DNA of 64,000 bases. Origin: Acidobacteriota bacterium. Its GTDB lineage: Bacteria > Acidobacteriota > Blastocatellia > RBC074. Below are positions 42,392-51,658 of this stretch, piece after piece (the stretch's first letter is position 1; each line of letters begins with the position of its first letter). The notes below the pieces were generated by a model. That model ran no database searches. It was not told the origin of the DNA and worked only from the letters and a program-made list of their open reading frames with translations. The stretch covers positions 26,261-90,260 of the forward strand of contig JAHBSF010000006.1 of the NCBI GenBank assembly GCA_019639255.1, read 5' to 3'. Made by a program: the position numbers and the translations under genes.

Positions 42392-42919
42392 TCAGAAGGA
42401 TTTCCAGATCATCTTCGCAATCGAACCGAGCACGTCGGTTACCGTATGCGCAGCCGCTCCCACCCACAATCCAATGAATCCGGCCCTGAAATACTGTTTG
42501 TCCGTACTTCTCCAGATCGTCATCAGATCCTCGCTTACCTGACGGAACTCCGATGCAATAGTGGTCGGCGCGCCGTACAGGTAACGTTGACGCAGGTAAA
42601 GCGCCGCCGTCGACAGTAGAAGAATTATGACCAGGAAATAGAGTACGCGGAACACCGTGCTGAATACCAGCCCGTGCGACAGGCGCGATCGGTGACCGAG
42701 CGCCGCCGTGTAGGGATACCATAAGAAACGGAGCAAACCCCAACGGCGGTACTGTTTGCTGTATACGTCGAGGTCTGGGCCGAACATCAACCCGGCGAAT
42801 ACCATCGCTGCTGTGGATACGGCTGATACCAGCAGGTCGCCCCAGTACCACTGCGCGAGGATGAACGTGGGCGGTACGAGCGCATAGGTTACGATATCGT
42901 GCGTGCGGCCGGAGGGCAT
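42392..42919 (-). CDS. membrane protein, DUF2227-like putative metal-binding protein
   Basis: N-terminal MPSGRTHD motif followed by 4 hydrophobic helices. Family assignment is from memory of the PSGxTHD signature and is uncertain. Confidence 0.4.
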   Translation of the reverse strand: MPSGRTHDIVTYALVPPTFILAQWYWGDLLVSAVSTAAMVFAGLMFGPDLDVYSKQYRRWGLLRFLWYPYTAALGHRSRLSHGLVFSTVFRVLYFLVIILLLSTAALYLRQRYLYGAPTTIASEFRQVSEDLMTIWRSTDKQYFRAGFIGLWVGAAAHTVTDVLGSIAKMIWKSF

Positions 42920-42994
42920 AAAAAGTCGAGAAGGAAAAACGCGGAATCCGCAAAGATTGCCCGAAGGGCAGTCGCGCGAATTCCGCGTTTCAAT

Positions 42995-43843
42995 TTACCT
43001 GCGGCCGGCCATCGCCGACAGTCTTTCTATGCGCTGTTGCGTGGAAGGATGGGTGCTGAAAAGCTGCGCCATTCCGCCCGATGTGAACGGATTGATAATG
43101 AACAGATGCGCCGTCGCCGGCGATCCGTGATGCATCGGTATGGCGCGCGACCATTCGTCGATTTTCCTGAGCGCGGAGGCAAGCGCCATCGGATTGCCGG
43201 ACATCTTCGCTCCGGCTTCGTCGGCGAGGAATTCGCGCGAGCGCGAAATGGCCATTTGCACAAGCGATGCCGCAATCGGAGCGATGATGATTCCCAGCAG
43301 CCCCGCAATCGGGCTTGCGCCGTCGTCGTCGTCATCCGATCGGCCGAAGATTGCGCCCCACATCGCCATGTTTGCAAGCATGCTGAGCGCTCCGGCAAGC
43401 GTTGCGGCTATCGTCATCACGAGCGTATCCCGGTTTTTGACATGCGCAAGCTCGTGCGCCAGCACGCCAGTCAGTTCATCGCGGTTGAGCATCTTTACGA
43501 TCCCAACCGTCACCGCTACGGCCCCGTTTTCCGGATTGCGCCCCGTAGCGAAAGCGTTCGGCGTATCTTCGGGTATCAAATATACCTTCGGCATCGGCAT
43601 ACCGGCGCGCTGCGTCAGATCCCGCACGATGGAGTAAATCTCCGGCGCCTCGGCAGGCGTTACTTCCTTCGCCGCGTACATGCGAAGCACTATCCTGTCC
43701 GAATACCAGTACGATACGAAGTTCATTACCCCGGCGAAGATCAAGGCCAGAACAAGCCCGCCCTGTCCGCCGAGAGCATACCCGATCCATAAAAACAGCG
43801 CCGTCAACGCCGCCAGCAGCATCATCGATTTCGTTCTGTTCAT
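42995..43843 (-). CDS. htpX: zinc metalloprotease HtpX (M48)
   Basis: TM helices plus VLAHELAHVKNRD (HExxH) and a downstream Glu. Confidence 0.9.
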   Translation of the reverse strand: MNRTKSMMLLAALTALFLWIGYALGGQGGLVLALIFAGVMNFVSYWYSDRIVLRMYAAKEVTPAEAPEIYSIVRDLTQRAGMPMPKVYLIPEDTPNAFATGRNPENGAVAVTVGIVKMLNRDELTGVLAHELAHVKNRDTLVMTIAATLAGALSMLANMAMWGAIFGRSDDDDDGASPIAGLLGIIIAPIAASLVQMAISRSREFLADEAGAKMSGNPMALASALRKIDEWSRAIPMHHGSPATAHLFIINPFTSGGMAQLFSTHPSTQQRIERLSAMAGRR

Positions 43844-44048
43844 TTTTCCCTCCTACAGCGCATTCGCACTCACACCTTAGAAGAGATCCGAGCTTGCTGT
43901 CAAGTAGGGCTTTATTAGATGGAATTAAAGAGTTTAGGAGCCAATTTATTTGAAAAATATCAGCATCGAATGCCGGTTGGTCAGACCATTCGCTTGCCAA
44001 TGAAATTGGGGTATGTGAGAATCGGATCCCCAAGGAGGCGCTCAGGTT

Positions 44049-45032
44049 ATGCCGGAAAATTCGGGGACTGATCAGGTGAGCCAGCCGCGCGCTTACGGCG
44101 AGGATTTTCATCCACCGACGCTTGTACGGCGGGTTGTGGGGGAAAATACGTGGTTGCGCCGGGGAGATCTGCAGCCGGAAGGTGTGCTGGTGGAGTGCAA
44201 GTCAAACGCCGTAGAGCCTGAAGTGCTGCCTAATGAGGCTTCAGTGGGCGCGGCGATGCTGGCCGAGCTGGAAGCAACGGCGGCCGAGAAAACGGGTGAT
44301 GTTGTTATACTACTGCTCGGCGGGCGCGGTGGGCAAGCGCTTCACAGATTGCTCGGCGAGCGGGCGCGGAGCGGTCCCGACGAACTCATCAAGCGGCTCC
44401 GCGTATTCACGCAGGATGCGCTTGCGCCGATGCGCATGGACAACAGTTTGAGTTTCGTGCGGGATTTCGAGCGGCTTCTGGGGCCGGAATTTTTCGCGCA
44501 GGTCAAAAGCTTTACGCCGATTCGCACGGATGCCGAAGATCTGGAAAGCGAGCTTTACCACTACGTCAACGAACTGGAATCGCTCGGCGGCGTGGATATT
44601 TTCTTTCTCGGGCACGGACCCGAAGCCGCAGCGGCCTCGCACCTTGCTTATATCAGACCGAACTCGGGTGCGACTGCGGTAGACATTGCCGGGTTGATTC
44701 CGATTTCTTCGAGCATACTCGAACACCACATAACGAAATTCAGGGCCGGAGGCAGCGAGATCCGTCCCGAAGACGAATCCGAATGCCGGCGGGCTTCGCA
44801 CATTCTGACGCTAGGGCCGGCCGCGATCCTCGGCTCAAAAAAACTCGTGCAGTCGATAGTCGATGCTGATACGGCGCCCGCAAAGCGCGCAAGCTACCGG
44901 CGCGTGCGTGAAACGGTCATATCCGATGATGCGGCCGAACGCGCCCGTCAACTGGATGAAAATCCCGGATTGTGGATACGCCTGCATCCGAACGTCAGAT
45001 CGTTTGTGCTTCCGAATGTTGAAGAGGGATAA
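44049..45032 (+). CDS. glucosamine-6-phosphate deaminase / 6-phosphogluconolactonase-like (NagB/Pgl superfamily) protein
   Basis: VVILLLGGRGGQALH ... FFLGHGPEAAAASHLAY resembles the ialsGG / LGmGeDGHtAS motifs of the NagB/Pgl family. The last 3 codons (EEG) and the stop are encoded by repeat A11. Confidence 0.55.
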   Translation: MPENSGTDQVSQPRAYGEDFHPPTLVRRVVGENTWLRRGDLQPEGVLVECKSNAVEPEVLPNEASVGAAMLAELEATAAEKTGDVVILLLGGRGGQALHRLLGERARSGPDELIKRLRVFTQDALAPMRMDNSLSFVRDFERLLGPEFFAQVKSFTPIRTDAEDLESELYHYVNELESLGGVDIFFLGHGPEAAAASHLAYIRPNSGATAVDIAGLIPISSSILEHHITKFRAGGSEIRPEDESECRRASHILTLGPAAILGSKKLVQSIVDADTAPAKRASYRRVRETVISDDAAERARQLDENPGLWIRLHPNVRSFVLPNVEEG

Positions 45033-45100
45033 CGGAACAAACGAAAGGAAACGAAAATTACGGAACGGTTGTATATTTCCGTCTGTTCCGTTCTCTCTCT
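45026..45100. repeat. family-A element A11 (short variant)
   Basis: GAGGGATAACGGAACAAACGAAAGGAAACGAAAATTACGGAACGGTTGTATATTTCCGTCTGTTCCGTTCTCTCTC. Confidence 0.8.
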
Positions 45101-45117
45101 TTTCCAGGAGTAGAACA

Positions 45118-46701
45118 ATGTCGGATTTGTTGACCGCCTTGCTGGGATCACAGGAACTTGCCGATGCATTGCACGACGGCGATGCCTCTGGCGTCGCCGC
45201 GTCGCTCGAACAATTATGCGGCGCCCGGGTTTATCCCCGTTCAATCACGGCTCTGGGCGGAACGATACTGTTTCTCGCCAGACGCGATACTGAAAAGTTT
45301 CTGGGCGCGCTCGTTTCACCGGGCGGAACCGGCGAGCGGCTTGCCGGTCAAACGACTTCTGTTGCGGTTGACGGGCGCGACCTGAAATTGACGCTGGCGC
45401 AAACCGGCGCTGAATCCGCCGCCTGGCTCAGGGCGTTGCTGCCCTTTCTTCAGCCGCAGGTGCTGGGATTGAAGAAGTCCGCAGGTTGCGGCGATCGTCT
45501 GGGCCTCGCTACGCCCGGGCACATACGCGCGATCCGCCGGTCGACGATGGCTCCGATACTCGCGCAGCAGTCGATTCGCGAAAATGCCCGCACGGGCAGA
45601 ACGCCGCAAGAAGTAATGGATGATGCGCTTTGGGGCGTGTTTCAGGAAGGCTGGCGCGACGGTTTCGGAGCCGACGCAGATCACCTGAAATCCACCGCCG
45701 ACATAGATTCGTGCGCTGCCGCCGGTTTTACGTTCTACACAATCGATCCCGGTGAATATGTCGATAACGAGGCGAATACCGCACCCGTAGACGAGTTGCG
45801 GGAAAAAGTGTCCGCCCTTGACTGGAACGCACTCGAATCAGACTGGGAGACCACACATTCGCAATTGGGGAGTCGTCCGATAGACCTGGGGACGTTTTCC
45901 TTCGAGATAGATCCAGAGGCGCTGTTGCGGGCGACGGCGAAGTATGGACGCGTAGTCGCCCATACCGTTCGTATGTACCGGCGCCTGGAGCAGGTGATGG
46001 GCGAGCGTGAGTTCGAACTTGAAATGAGCGTCGATGAAACCGAAACCGTGACTACTTTGGCGGAGCATATTTACATTGCGCACGAACTGAAGCGTTTGGG
46101 CGTGAAGTGGGTAAGCCTTGCTCCGCGCTATGTCGGCGATTTCGAGAAGGGCGTAGATTACATAGGCGACCTCGCTGAGTTTGAAAAATCGTTTGCGCAG
46201 CATCTGGCCGTAGCCCGGGCGTTCGGTCCCTACAAGCTGAGCCTGCATTCCGGTTCGGACAAATTCAGCATTTATCCGATTGCCGGGAGGCTTGCGGGTG
46301 ATCTGGTTCATTTGAAGACTGCGGGCACAAGTTATCTTGAAGCGCTGCGCGCAATCGGAATGGTTGACGCTGCACTGTTTCGAGAGATCGTCGCTTTTGC
46401 GTGCGAACGGTATCCGCAGGATCGCGCTACATACCATGTTTCGGCGGAAGTAGAGAAAATGCCCGCTGCCATTGCTCTTGCAGACGCTGATCTGACCCTG
46501 TTGCTGGATGATTTCCATGCGCGCGAGATACTGCACGTCACATTCGGTTCGGTGTTGCATAAGCCGGAGTTTCGCGAGCGTTTCTTTTCATCTCTGCGCA
46601 GCAACGAGGAAACCTACTACGATTGCATCGAGCGTCACTTCGTACGCCATTTCGCGGGGTTTGAACGAGCGAAGGCGGAGCGCGGGATACAGGGAAACTG
46701 A
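45118..46701 (+). CDS. UxaE-like (tagaturonate/fructuronate epimerase family) TIM-barrel protein, tentative
   Basis: From Met86 of track ORF 44863..46701, with SD AGGAG upstream. GCGDRLGLATPGHIRA and GADADHLK motifs recalled from UxaE-family sugar epimerases. Assignment not verifiable here. Confidence 0.45.
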   Translation: MSDLLTALLGSQELADALHDGDASGVAASLEQLCGARVYPRSITALGGTILFLARRDTEKFLGALVSPGGTGERLAGQTTSVAVDGRDLKLTLAQTGAESAAWLRALLPFLQPQVLGLKKSAGCGDRLGLATPGHIRAIRRSTMAPILAQQSIRENARTGRTPQEVMDDALWGVFQEGWRDGFGADADHLKSTADIDSCAAAGFTFYTIDPGEYVDNEANTAPVDELREKVSALDWNALESDWETTHSQLGSRPIDLGTFSFEIDPEALLRATAKYGRVVAHTVRMYRRLEQVMGEREFELEMSVDETETVTTLAEHIYIAHELKRLGVKWVSLAPRYVGDFEKGVDYIGDLAEFEKSFAQHLAVARAFGPYKLSLHSGSDKFSIYPIAGRLAGDLVHLKTAGTSYLEALRAIGMVDAALFREIVAFACERYPQDRATYHVSAEVEKMPAAIALADADLTLLLDDFHAREILHVTFGSVLHKPEFRERFFSSLRSNEETYYDCIERHFVRHFAGFERAKAERGIQGN

Positions 46702-46721
46702 AGGGAAAATCCAGTAACAAG

Positions 46722-47552
46722 ATGACTCCGGAAGATCTGATAAAACACTACGATTTCAGCGGCAGGACTTTTGTACTAACGGGCGGCACGGGAGTTTTGT
46801 GCAGCGAGATGGCGCGCAGCCTTGCCGCCTGCGGCGCCAACATTGCGCTGCTGGCCCGCAACCGCGAAAAGGGCGAGGCCGTGCTCGGCACGCTTCCGGG
46901 GGCAGGGCGAAAAGCAGTGATAGACGGCGATGTGCTTGACCGTGAGGCGTTGTTAAAAGCCGCTCGGTCTGTCATCGGCGAGTTCGGCCGCATAGACGGG
47001 TTGATAAACGGCGCTGGCGGCAATCATCCCGGAGCGACTACGCGCCCGGATCAGGGCTTTTTCGATCTGCCCGAGGACGGTTTGAGGTACGTCTTCGATC
47101 TGAACCTCCTGGGGACGATTCTGCCTACTCAGGTTTTTGCGATGTCGATGGCAGAGGCCGGCGAGGGCGTGATACTCAACGTATCCTCGATGAGTGCATT
47201 TCTGCCGTTGACGCGCGTCGTAGGTTATTCGGCGGCGAAGGCGGCGATTGATAATTTCACGAAATGGCTTGCAGTGCATCTGGCGCGCGAGTATTCGCCT
47301 CGTTTGCGGGTCAATGCCATAGCGCCCGGATTTTTCGTTACCGAGCAGAACCGGAATCTGTTGATCGATGCTGAAACGGGCGGATTGACCGCGCGCGGCG
47401 AAAGCATAATCGCGCATACGCCGATGGGGCGATTCGGCGAGCCGTCTGAGTTGCTCGGCGCCGCATTGTGGCTGCTTTCGCCGGCATCGGGTTTTGTAAC
47501 GGGCGTCGTCGTTCCGATCGACGGAGGGTTTTCGGCGTTCAGCGGCGTCTGA
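46722..47552 (+). CDS. SDR-family oxidoreductase (UxuB / mannonate-type reductase-like)
   Basis: TGGTGVLCSEMA (TGxxxGxG), NGAGG, and the S...YSAAK catalytic triad region. Confidence 0.85.
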   Translation: MTPEDLIKHYDFSGRTFVLTGGTGVLCSEMARSLAACGANIALLARNREKGEAVLGTLPGAGRKAVIDGDVLDREALLKAARSVIGEFGRIDGLINGAGGNHPGATTRPDQGFFDLPEDGLRYVFDLNLLGTILPTQVFAMSMAEAGEGVILNVSSMSAFLPLTRVVGYSAAKAAIDNFTKWLAVHLAREYSPRLRVNAIAPGFFVTEQNRNLLIDAETGGLTARGESIIAHTPMGRFGEPSELLGAALWLLSPASGFVTGVVVPIDGGFSAFSGV

Positions 47553-47574
47553 GTACTCGGCGCGGAGAGTATGG

Positions 47575-48849
47575 ATGGTCATCGGTGCAGGATACGAAGA
47601 CGGGCGTCTGACCGAGATCGAAGTTCGGGATCTAGCTGCGCGCGCTTTCGCTGAAATGAATCTGGACGGTCGACGCGTCATCGTCATCATTCCGGACGGC
47701 ACCCGCACGGCTCCGATGCCGATGATGTTCCGCGTGTTTTTTGATCTGCTCGGTGCGCGCGTCTCGAAACTCGATTATCTGATCGCGCTCGGAACTCACC
47801 AGCCGATGAGCGATGAGGCAATACTCGGGCTCGTCGGGATAACGAACCAGGAGCGCAGCAATCGATTCAAGGACATAGGCATATACAATCACGCGTGGGA
47901 CAATCCAGAAACGTTCGCAACACTCGGTCGCATTACCGGAGAAGAAATCGGCGAGATCTCAAACGGACTGCTGAAAGAGGCAGTAGACGTAAGGCTTAAC
48001 CGCATGGTGCTCGATTACGATCAGATCATCATATGCGGGCCGACGTTTCCTCACGAGGTTGTAGGTTTTTCGGGCGGCAACAAATACTTTTTCCCCGGAA
48101 TAGGCGGAGCGGAGGTAATCAACTTTTCGCACTGGCTTGGAGCGCTCATTACGAGTTATGAAACGATAGGCACGAAATACACTCCCGTGCGCCGCGTCAT
48201 AGACCGGGCCGCATCGTTCATAAAAAAGCCGAAGCTCTGTTTCAGTCTTGTAATGAAGGGGACGGATCTTGCGGGGCTATATATTGGAAGCCCTGAAAGC
48301 GCGTATGACCGGGCGGCGGATCTTTCGGCGCGGCTGCATATAAACTGGGTTGACCGGCCGTTCAAGCGAGTTTTGTCGGTCATACCGCAAATGTACGCAG
48401 ACCTTTGGACCGGGGCGAAGGGAATGTACAAGCTCGAACCGGCGATAGCCGACGGCGGCGAGGTTATCATATACGCGCCGCACATTTCCGAAGTGAGTTA
48501 CACGCACGGCCGTTATCTGGACGAAATCGGCTATCACGTGCGCGATTACTTCCTCAAACAGTGGGACCGCTTCGGGAAGTATCCGGGCGGCGTGGTCGCT
48601 CACAGCACACACGTGCGGGGAATAGGGGCTTACGACTCTGCCACCGGCGTCGAAACCCCTCGCATAAAGGTTACGCTGGCTACACGAATTCCCGAGGAGC
48701 GTTGCCGCCGAATAAACCTGGGCTATATCGATCCCGATTCGATCAATCCGGAAGATTTCGCAGGCAGGGAAGACGAGGGCGTCAAGCTGATTCCGAAAGC
48801 AGGCGAGATGCTCTATCGCGTCGCAAAACCGCATAAACCCGGCGACTGA
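47575..48849 (+). CDS. LarA-like nickel-pincer-nucleotide-dependent racemase/epimerase family protein
   Basis: VIVIIPDGTRTAP and ALGTHQPMS in the N-terminal DUF2088 domain, a LarA-like C-terminal domain, and length 424 aa. Confidence 0.7.
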   Translation: MVIGAGYEDGRLTEIEVRDLAARAFAEMNLDGRRVIVIIPDGTRTAPMPMMFRVFFDLLGARVSKLDYLIALGTHQPMSDEAILGLVGITNQERSNRFKDIGIYNHAWDNPETFATLGRITGEEIGEISNGLLKEAVDVRLNRMVLDYDQIIICGPTFPHEVVGFSGGNKYFFPGIGGAEVINFSHWLGALITSYETIGTKYTPVRRVIDRAASFIKKPKLCFSLVMKGTDLAGLYIGSPESAYDRAADLSARLHINWVDRPFKRVLSVIPQMYADLWTGAKGMYKLEPAIADGGEVIIYAPHISEVSYTHGRYLDEIGYHVRDYFLKQWDRFGKYPGGVVAHSTHVRGIGAYDSATGVETPRIKVTLATRIPEERCRRINLGYIDPDSINPEDFAGREDEGVKLIPKAGEMLYRVAKPHKPGD

Positions 48850-48919
48850 TTCCCCCACCCACCGCTCTCCTTGCTACCGTTCAGCATCGTTTCCAAGCGG
48901 TTTTTAATTCGCCCCCCTA

Positions 48920-48949
48920 TTGACTTCCATTCACCCCTCCCATTAGAAT
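48920..48949 (+). promoter_or_regulatory. promoter candidate giving a ~390-nt leader for the Tat-amidohydrolase gene
   Basis: TTGACT (48920-25), 18-nt spacer, TAGAAT (48944-49). The downstream leader is unusually AT-rich for this genome. Confidence 0.3.
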
Positions 48950-49347
48950 CCGACCGATTAGTCAGTCAGCATGCATTGGAAGTAAAATTAAAAGCAAAAG
49001 CTGAAGACGAACCGAACGAAACAAGCAATAAAGATTCAGAAAAAAGATTAATTATAGATCGAGAGCGGAGAGGGAGTCGGAAGTGGTAGAGTCTCTGAGC
49101 GATGGTCCTGAAGAAGGATCAGGAGTGGGGGAATGTTCTGCCGAAGCCGACGGGGCGAGAGAGGACGTTTGAGCGTCCCATAGCGCGCAATAGCGGGGCT
49201 GACGCAGAGGTGGGGCATCCATCGGTTGCCGTACTGAATACATTCTTCCGGGTTATCATCTAAAAATCGCGGTATTGTCCGGGCGATCCGGGTAATGTCG
49301 AGTCGGATTGGTGCATTGAACCGCCTCTACAGGGGGCAGGAGTGCGA

Positions 49348-50511
49348 ATGATGACCGATAAGGGGAAGAAGCCCACCAGACGGCAGTTTCTGAAGCATTC
49401 GGCGGCCGGAGCCGCAATAACGCTCTCGATTGAAAAAGATCCTCCCAGCGCTTCCGAGCCCGCAATCGAATCGGAGCCTACTGCTCTTGAGCAGGAAAAG
49501 CTGTTTATCGCCGATTCGCAAACTCACATATTCTGGCGGCGCGAGGGCCACGCGACGACTTCCGAGCGCGGATGGTGGTTCCTCAACCAGCTCGATACTT
49601 TCTATAAAGGAGCCGCCGGTCCCGAGGGCAGCGTCAAGGATCTTACAAAGGCCAAGTTTCTGGATCTCGTGCTGCGACAGAGCAACACAAGCGTTGCACT
49701 GCTTAATTGTCTTGCGCTCAAGGGATTCTACGGCGGGAAACACATGCTGACGCCCGCCGAGGCCGCCGAAGTGCGCGACATGATGCCCGAGCGGATCATC
49801 ATGCTCGGCAGCGTGGATCCGGCCGAGGGTAAAGCCGCTCTCGATGATCTCGAACGCCAGGTCAAACAATACAAGATCAACGGCATCAAGCTCTATCCGG
49901 GCGATTACAATCGCGGCGGCTGGTATGGGGATGATGAAAAAATCGCCTATCCGTTGTGGGAAAAATGCCGACAACTTGGCGTCAAGTACATCGCCGTTCA
50001 CAAGGGATTGCCGTTCTCGATCTTCAACGCAAAATACTGCCACCCGGAAGATTTCGACAAACCGCTCGATGATTTCCCGGATCTCAACTTCGTCCTCTAC
50101 CACTCGGCTTACCCGTTCCTCGACGAACTGACGATGATGTCTTTCCGCCTGACGGGCAGGAAAAGCAATCTTTACGTCGATCTCGGCGGACTGTTCGTTA
50201 TCCTTATGCAGGCCCCGCACGAACTCGGGCACACGATGGGCAAGCTTCTGAAATACCTCGGGTCCGATCACATCATTTGGGGCAGCGATGCGCCCATAAC
50301 GGGTTCGCCTCAACCCTTCATAGACTTTTTCCTGAAGTACAGGATTCCGGACGAACTCGTAGAGAAGTACGGTTATCCGCAGATCACCGATGAAGACAAG
50401 CGCAAGATCATCGGCGGCAACATCGCGAGGCTCTTTAATATCGACGTCGAGGCGAAGATGAAAAAGATCGCCTCGGACATCGTCTCGCGCTCGCGGGAAA
50501 TTCGCGTATGA
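49348..50511 (+). CDS. amidohydrolase-2 family (ACMSD/LigW-like metal-dependent hydrolase/decarboxylase) with twin-arginine signal peptide
   Basis: N-terminus MMTDKGKKPTRRQFLKHSAAGAAITLSI (RRxFLK Tat motif plus h-region). The rest is a PF04909-type TIM barrel (HIFW, HKG, YHSAYP, WGSDAP motifs). SD AGGAG 5 nt before the ATG. Confidence 0.7.
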   Translation: MMTDKGKKPTRRQFLKHSAAGAAITLSIEKDPPSASEPAIESEPTALEQEKLFIADSQTHIFWRREGHATTSERGWWFLNQLDTFYKGAAGPEGSVKDLTKAKFLDLVLRQSNTSVALLNCLALKGFYGGKHMLTPAEAAEVRDMMPERIIMLGSVDPAEGKAALDDLERQVKQYKINGIKLYPGDYNRGGWYGDDEKIAYPLWEKCRQLGVKYIAVHKGLPFSIFNAKYCHPEDFDKPLDDFPDLNFVLYHSAYPFLDELTMMSFRLTGRKSNLYVDLGGLFVILMQAPHELGHTMGKLLKYLGSDHIIWGSDAPITGSPQPFIDFFLKYRIPDELVEKYGYPQITDEDKRKIIGGNIARLFNIDVEAKMKKIASDIVSRSREIRV

Positions 50512-50523
50512 ACCTGGTTTAAT

Positions 50524-50686
50524 CGATCCACATCAGATTGGTACAAAGCGTGATAAAGCAAGAGAGATGACGGAACAAACGAAATGAAACGAAAATTACG
50601 GAAAATTTGAATATTTTTGTAGTTTCCGTCTTATTTCGTTTGTTTCGTCATCTCTCTTCGAAGTCGTGTGGAGTGATTCAATCGAG
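50524..50686. repeat. family-A element A12 (full length with both tails)
   Basis: ...CACATCAGATTGGTACAAAGCGTGATAAAGCAA, core GAGAGATGACGGAACAAACGAAATGAAACGAAAATTACGGAAAATTTGAATATTTTTGTAGTTTCCGTCTTATTTCGTTTGTTTCGTCATCTCTC, then TTCGAAGTCGTGTGGAGTGATTCAATCGAGC. Followed by TAAGGAG and the ATG at 50703. Confidence 0.85.
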
Positions 50687-50702
50687 CTAAGGAGCAACAG
50701 TT

Positions 50703-51449
50703 ATGACACAGCAACAAACGGCGGCGAATGCGCCGGCAAAACCTTGGGATTGCGCTTCGGCCGATGAACTCATTCTGAAACTGCGCGCCTATCGCGACGA
50801 GCGTCACGTCGCCGACCACCCCTTTACGCAGGCTCTGGCCGAGGGGCGCGTCAGCCGCGAGGGTGTGGTCGGATATCTGGGGCAATTCTGCGTATACGTA
50901 GAGCGCGGCGGCAAGGCGTGGCTGCCGTGGCTGCTCGGCAACGTTCCCGTAGGACTCGAATACCGACAGGCCAAAAACGTATTGCTCGAAAATCTTTGGG
51001 GTGAGTTTCACACTCCCGCCGATCACGTAGACCTGCTGCTGGATATGGCGGAAAAGGCATTCGGAGCCGACCGAAACGCGCTTTACCATTCGACGCTGCT
51101 GCCCGAAACCATCGCATTTATGCGCATAGAGGAGTATTACGCTCACGACCGTCCGTGGGTCGAAGCTATGGTGGCTCTCGGTTTCGGGCTTGAAACGCAG
51201 AGCCCGCGTTATTTCACGGCCGTGCGCGACGCGATGGTCGACAAGTACGGAATGACGGATTCGTATTATTACGATATGCACATCACGGCCGACATCGAGC
51301 ACGGAGACAGCATAGAGATGCTTATGAGGAATTACGGCAAGCCGGAAAATCGGGAATCGATGTGGCGCGCCGCTACCGAATCGATCGAAGCCTATCAGCT
51401 CTGGCACGACGGACTCTACCGCGCCTACGTCAGCGGCAAAAGACTCTGA
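50703..51449 (+). CDS. PqqC/TenA/CADD-like heme-oxygenase-fold protein ('iron-containing redox enzyme family')
   Basis: HVADHPFTQALAEGRVSREGVVGYLGQFCVYVE ... LENLWGEFHTPADHVDLLLDMAEKAFG parallels the PqqC helix-bundle signature (HPF...ENL-dE-G...H). Confidence 0.65.
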   Translation: MTQQQTAANAPAKPWDCASADELILKLRAYRDERHVADHPFTQALAEGRVSREGVVGYLGQFCVYVERGGKAWLPWLLGNVPVGLEYRQAKNVLLENLWGEFHTPADHVDLLLDMAEKAFGADRNALYHSTLLPETIAFMRIEEYYAHDRPWVEAMVALGFGLETQSPRYFTAVRDAMVDKYGMTDSYYYDMHITADIEHGDSIEMLMRNYGKPENRESMWRAATESIEAYQLWHDGLYRAYVSGKRL

Positions 51450-51464
51450 AACGCCCTAAACCGA

Positions 51465-51534
51465 ACTGGGTACGCACGCGCCCTCGCGTGCGTTCGGCTG
51501 AGAATGAAAGCACGCGAGGGCGCGTGCGTACCCA
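51465..51534. repeat. family-C GC-rich hairpin repeat, copy C2
   Basis: CTGGGTACGCACGCGCCCTCGCGTGCGTTCGGCTGAGAATGAAAGCACGCGAGGGCGCGTGCGTACCCAG. The right flank (GTTGCGGACTCCGTAGTGTGTACCA...TGTGGATTGATTTAG) is the inverted counterpart of the C1 left flank. Confidence 0.85.
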
Positions 51535-51658
51535 GTTGCGGACTCCGTAGTGTGTACCATTCTGCTGTGGATTGATTTAGGGTTTGATCCGTTATCTCAC
51601 TTCTACTGATTCCTTCGGGGAGGTATTTCTGGCGCACCAGAGTGCACAATCTGAAAGC

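Noticed and set aside
44863-45117. N-terminal extension of the UxaE-like ORF.
   Set aside because: The extension is repeat element A11 read in frame (..KRDNGTNERKRK..). An SD and ATG at 45118 mark the real start.
49327-50313. 328-aa minus-strand ORF antisense to the amidohydrolase gene.
   Set aside because: Shadow ORF. The plus-strand gene has a Tat signal, an RBS and family motifs.
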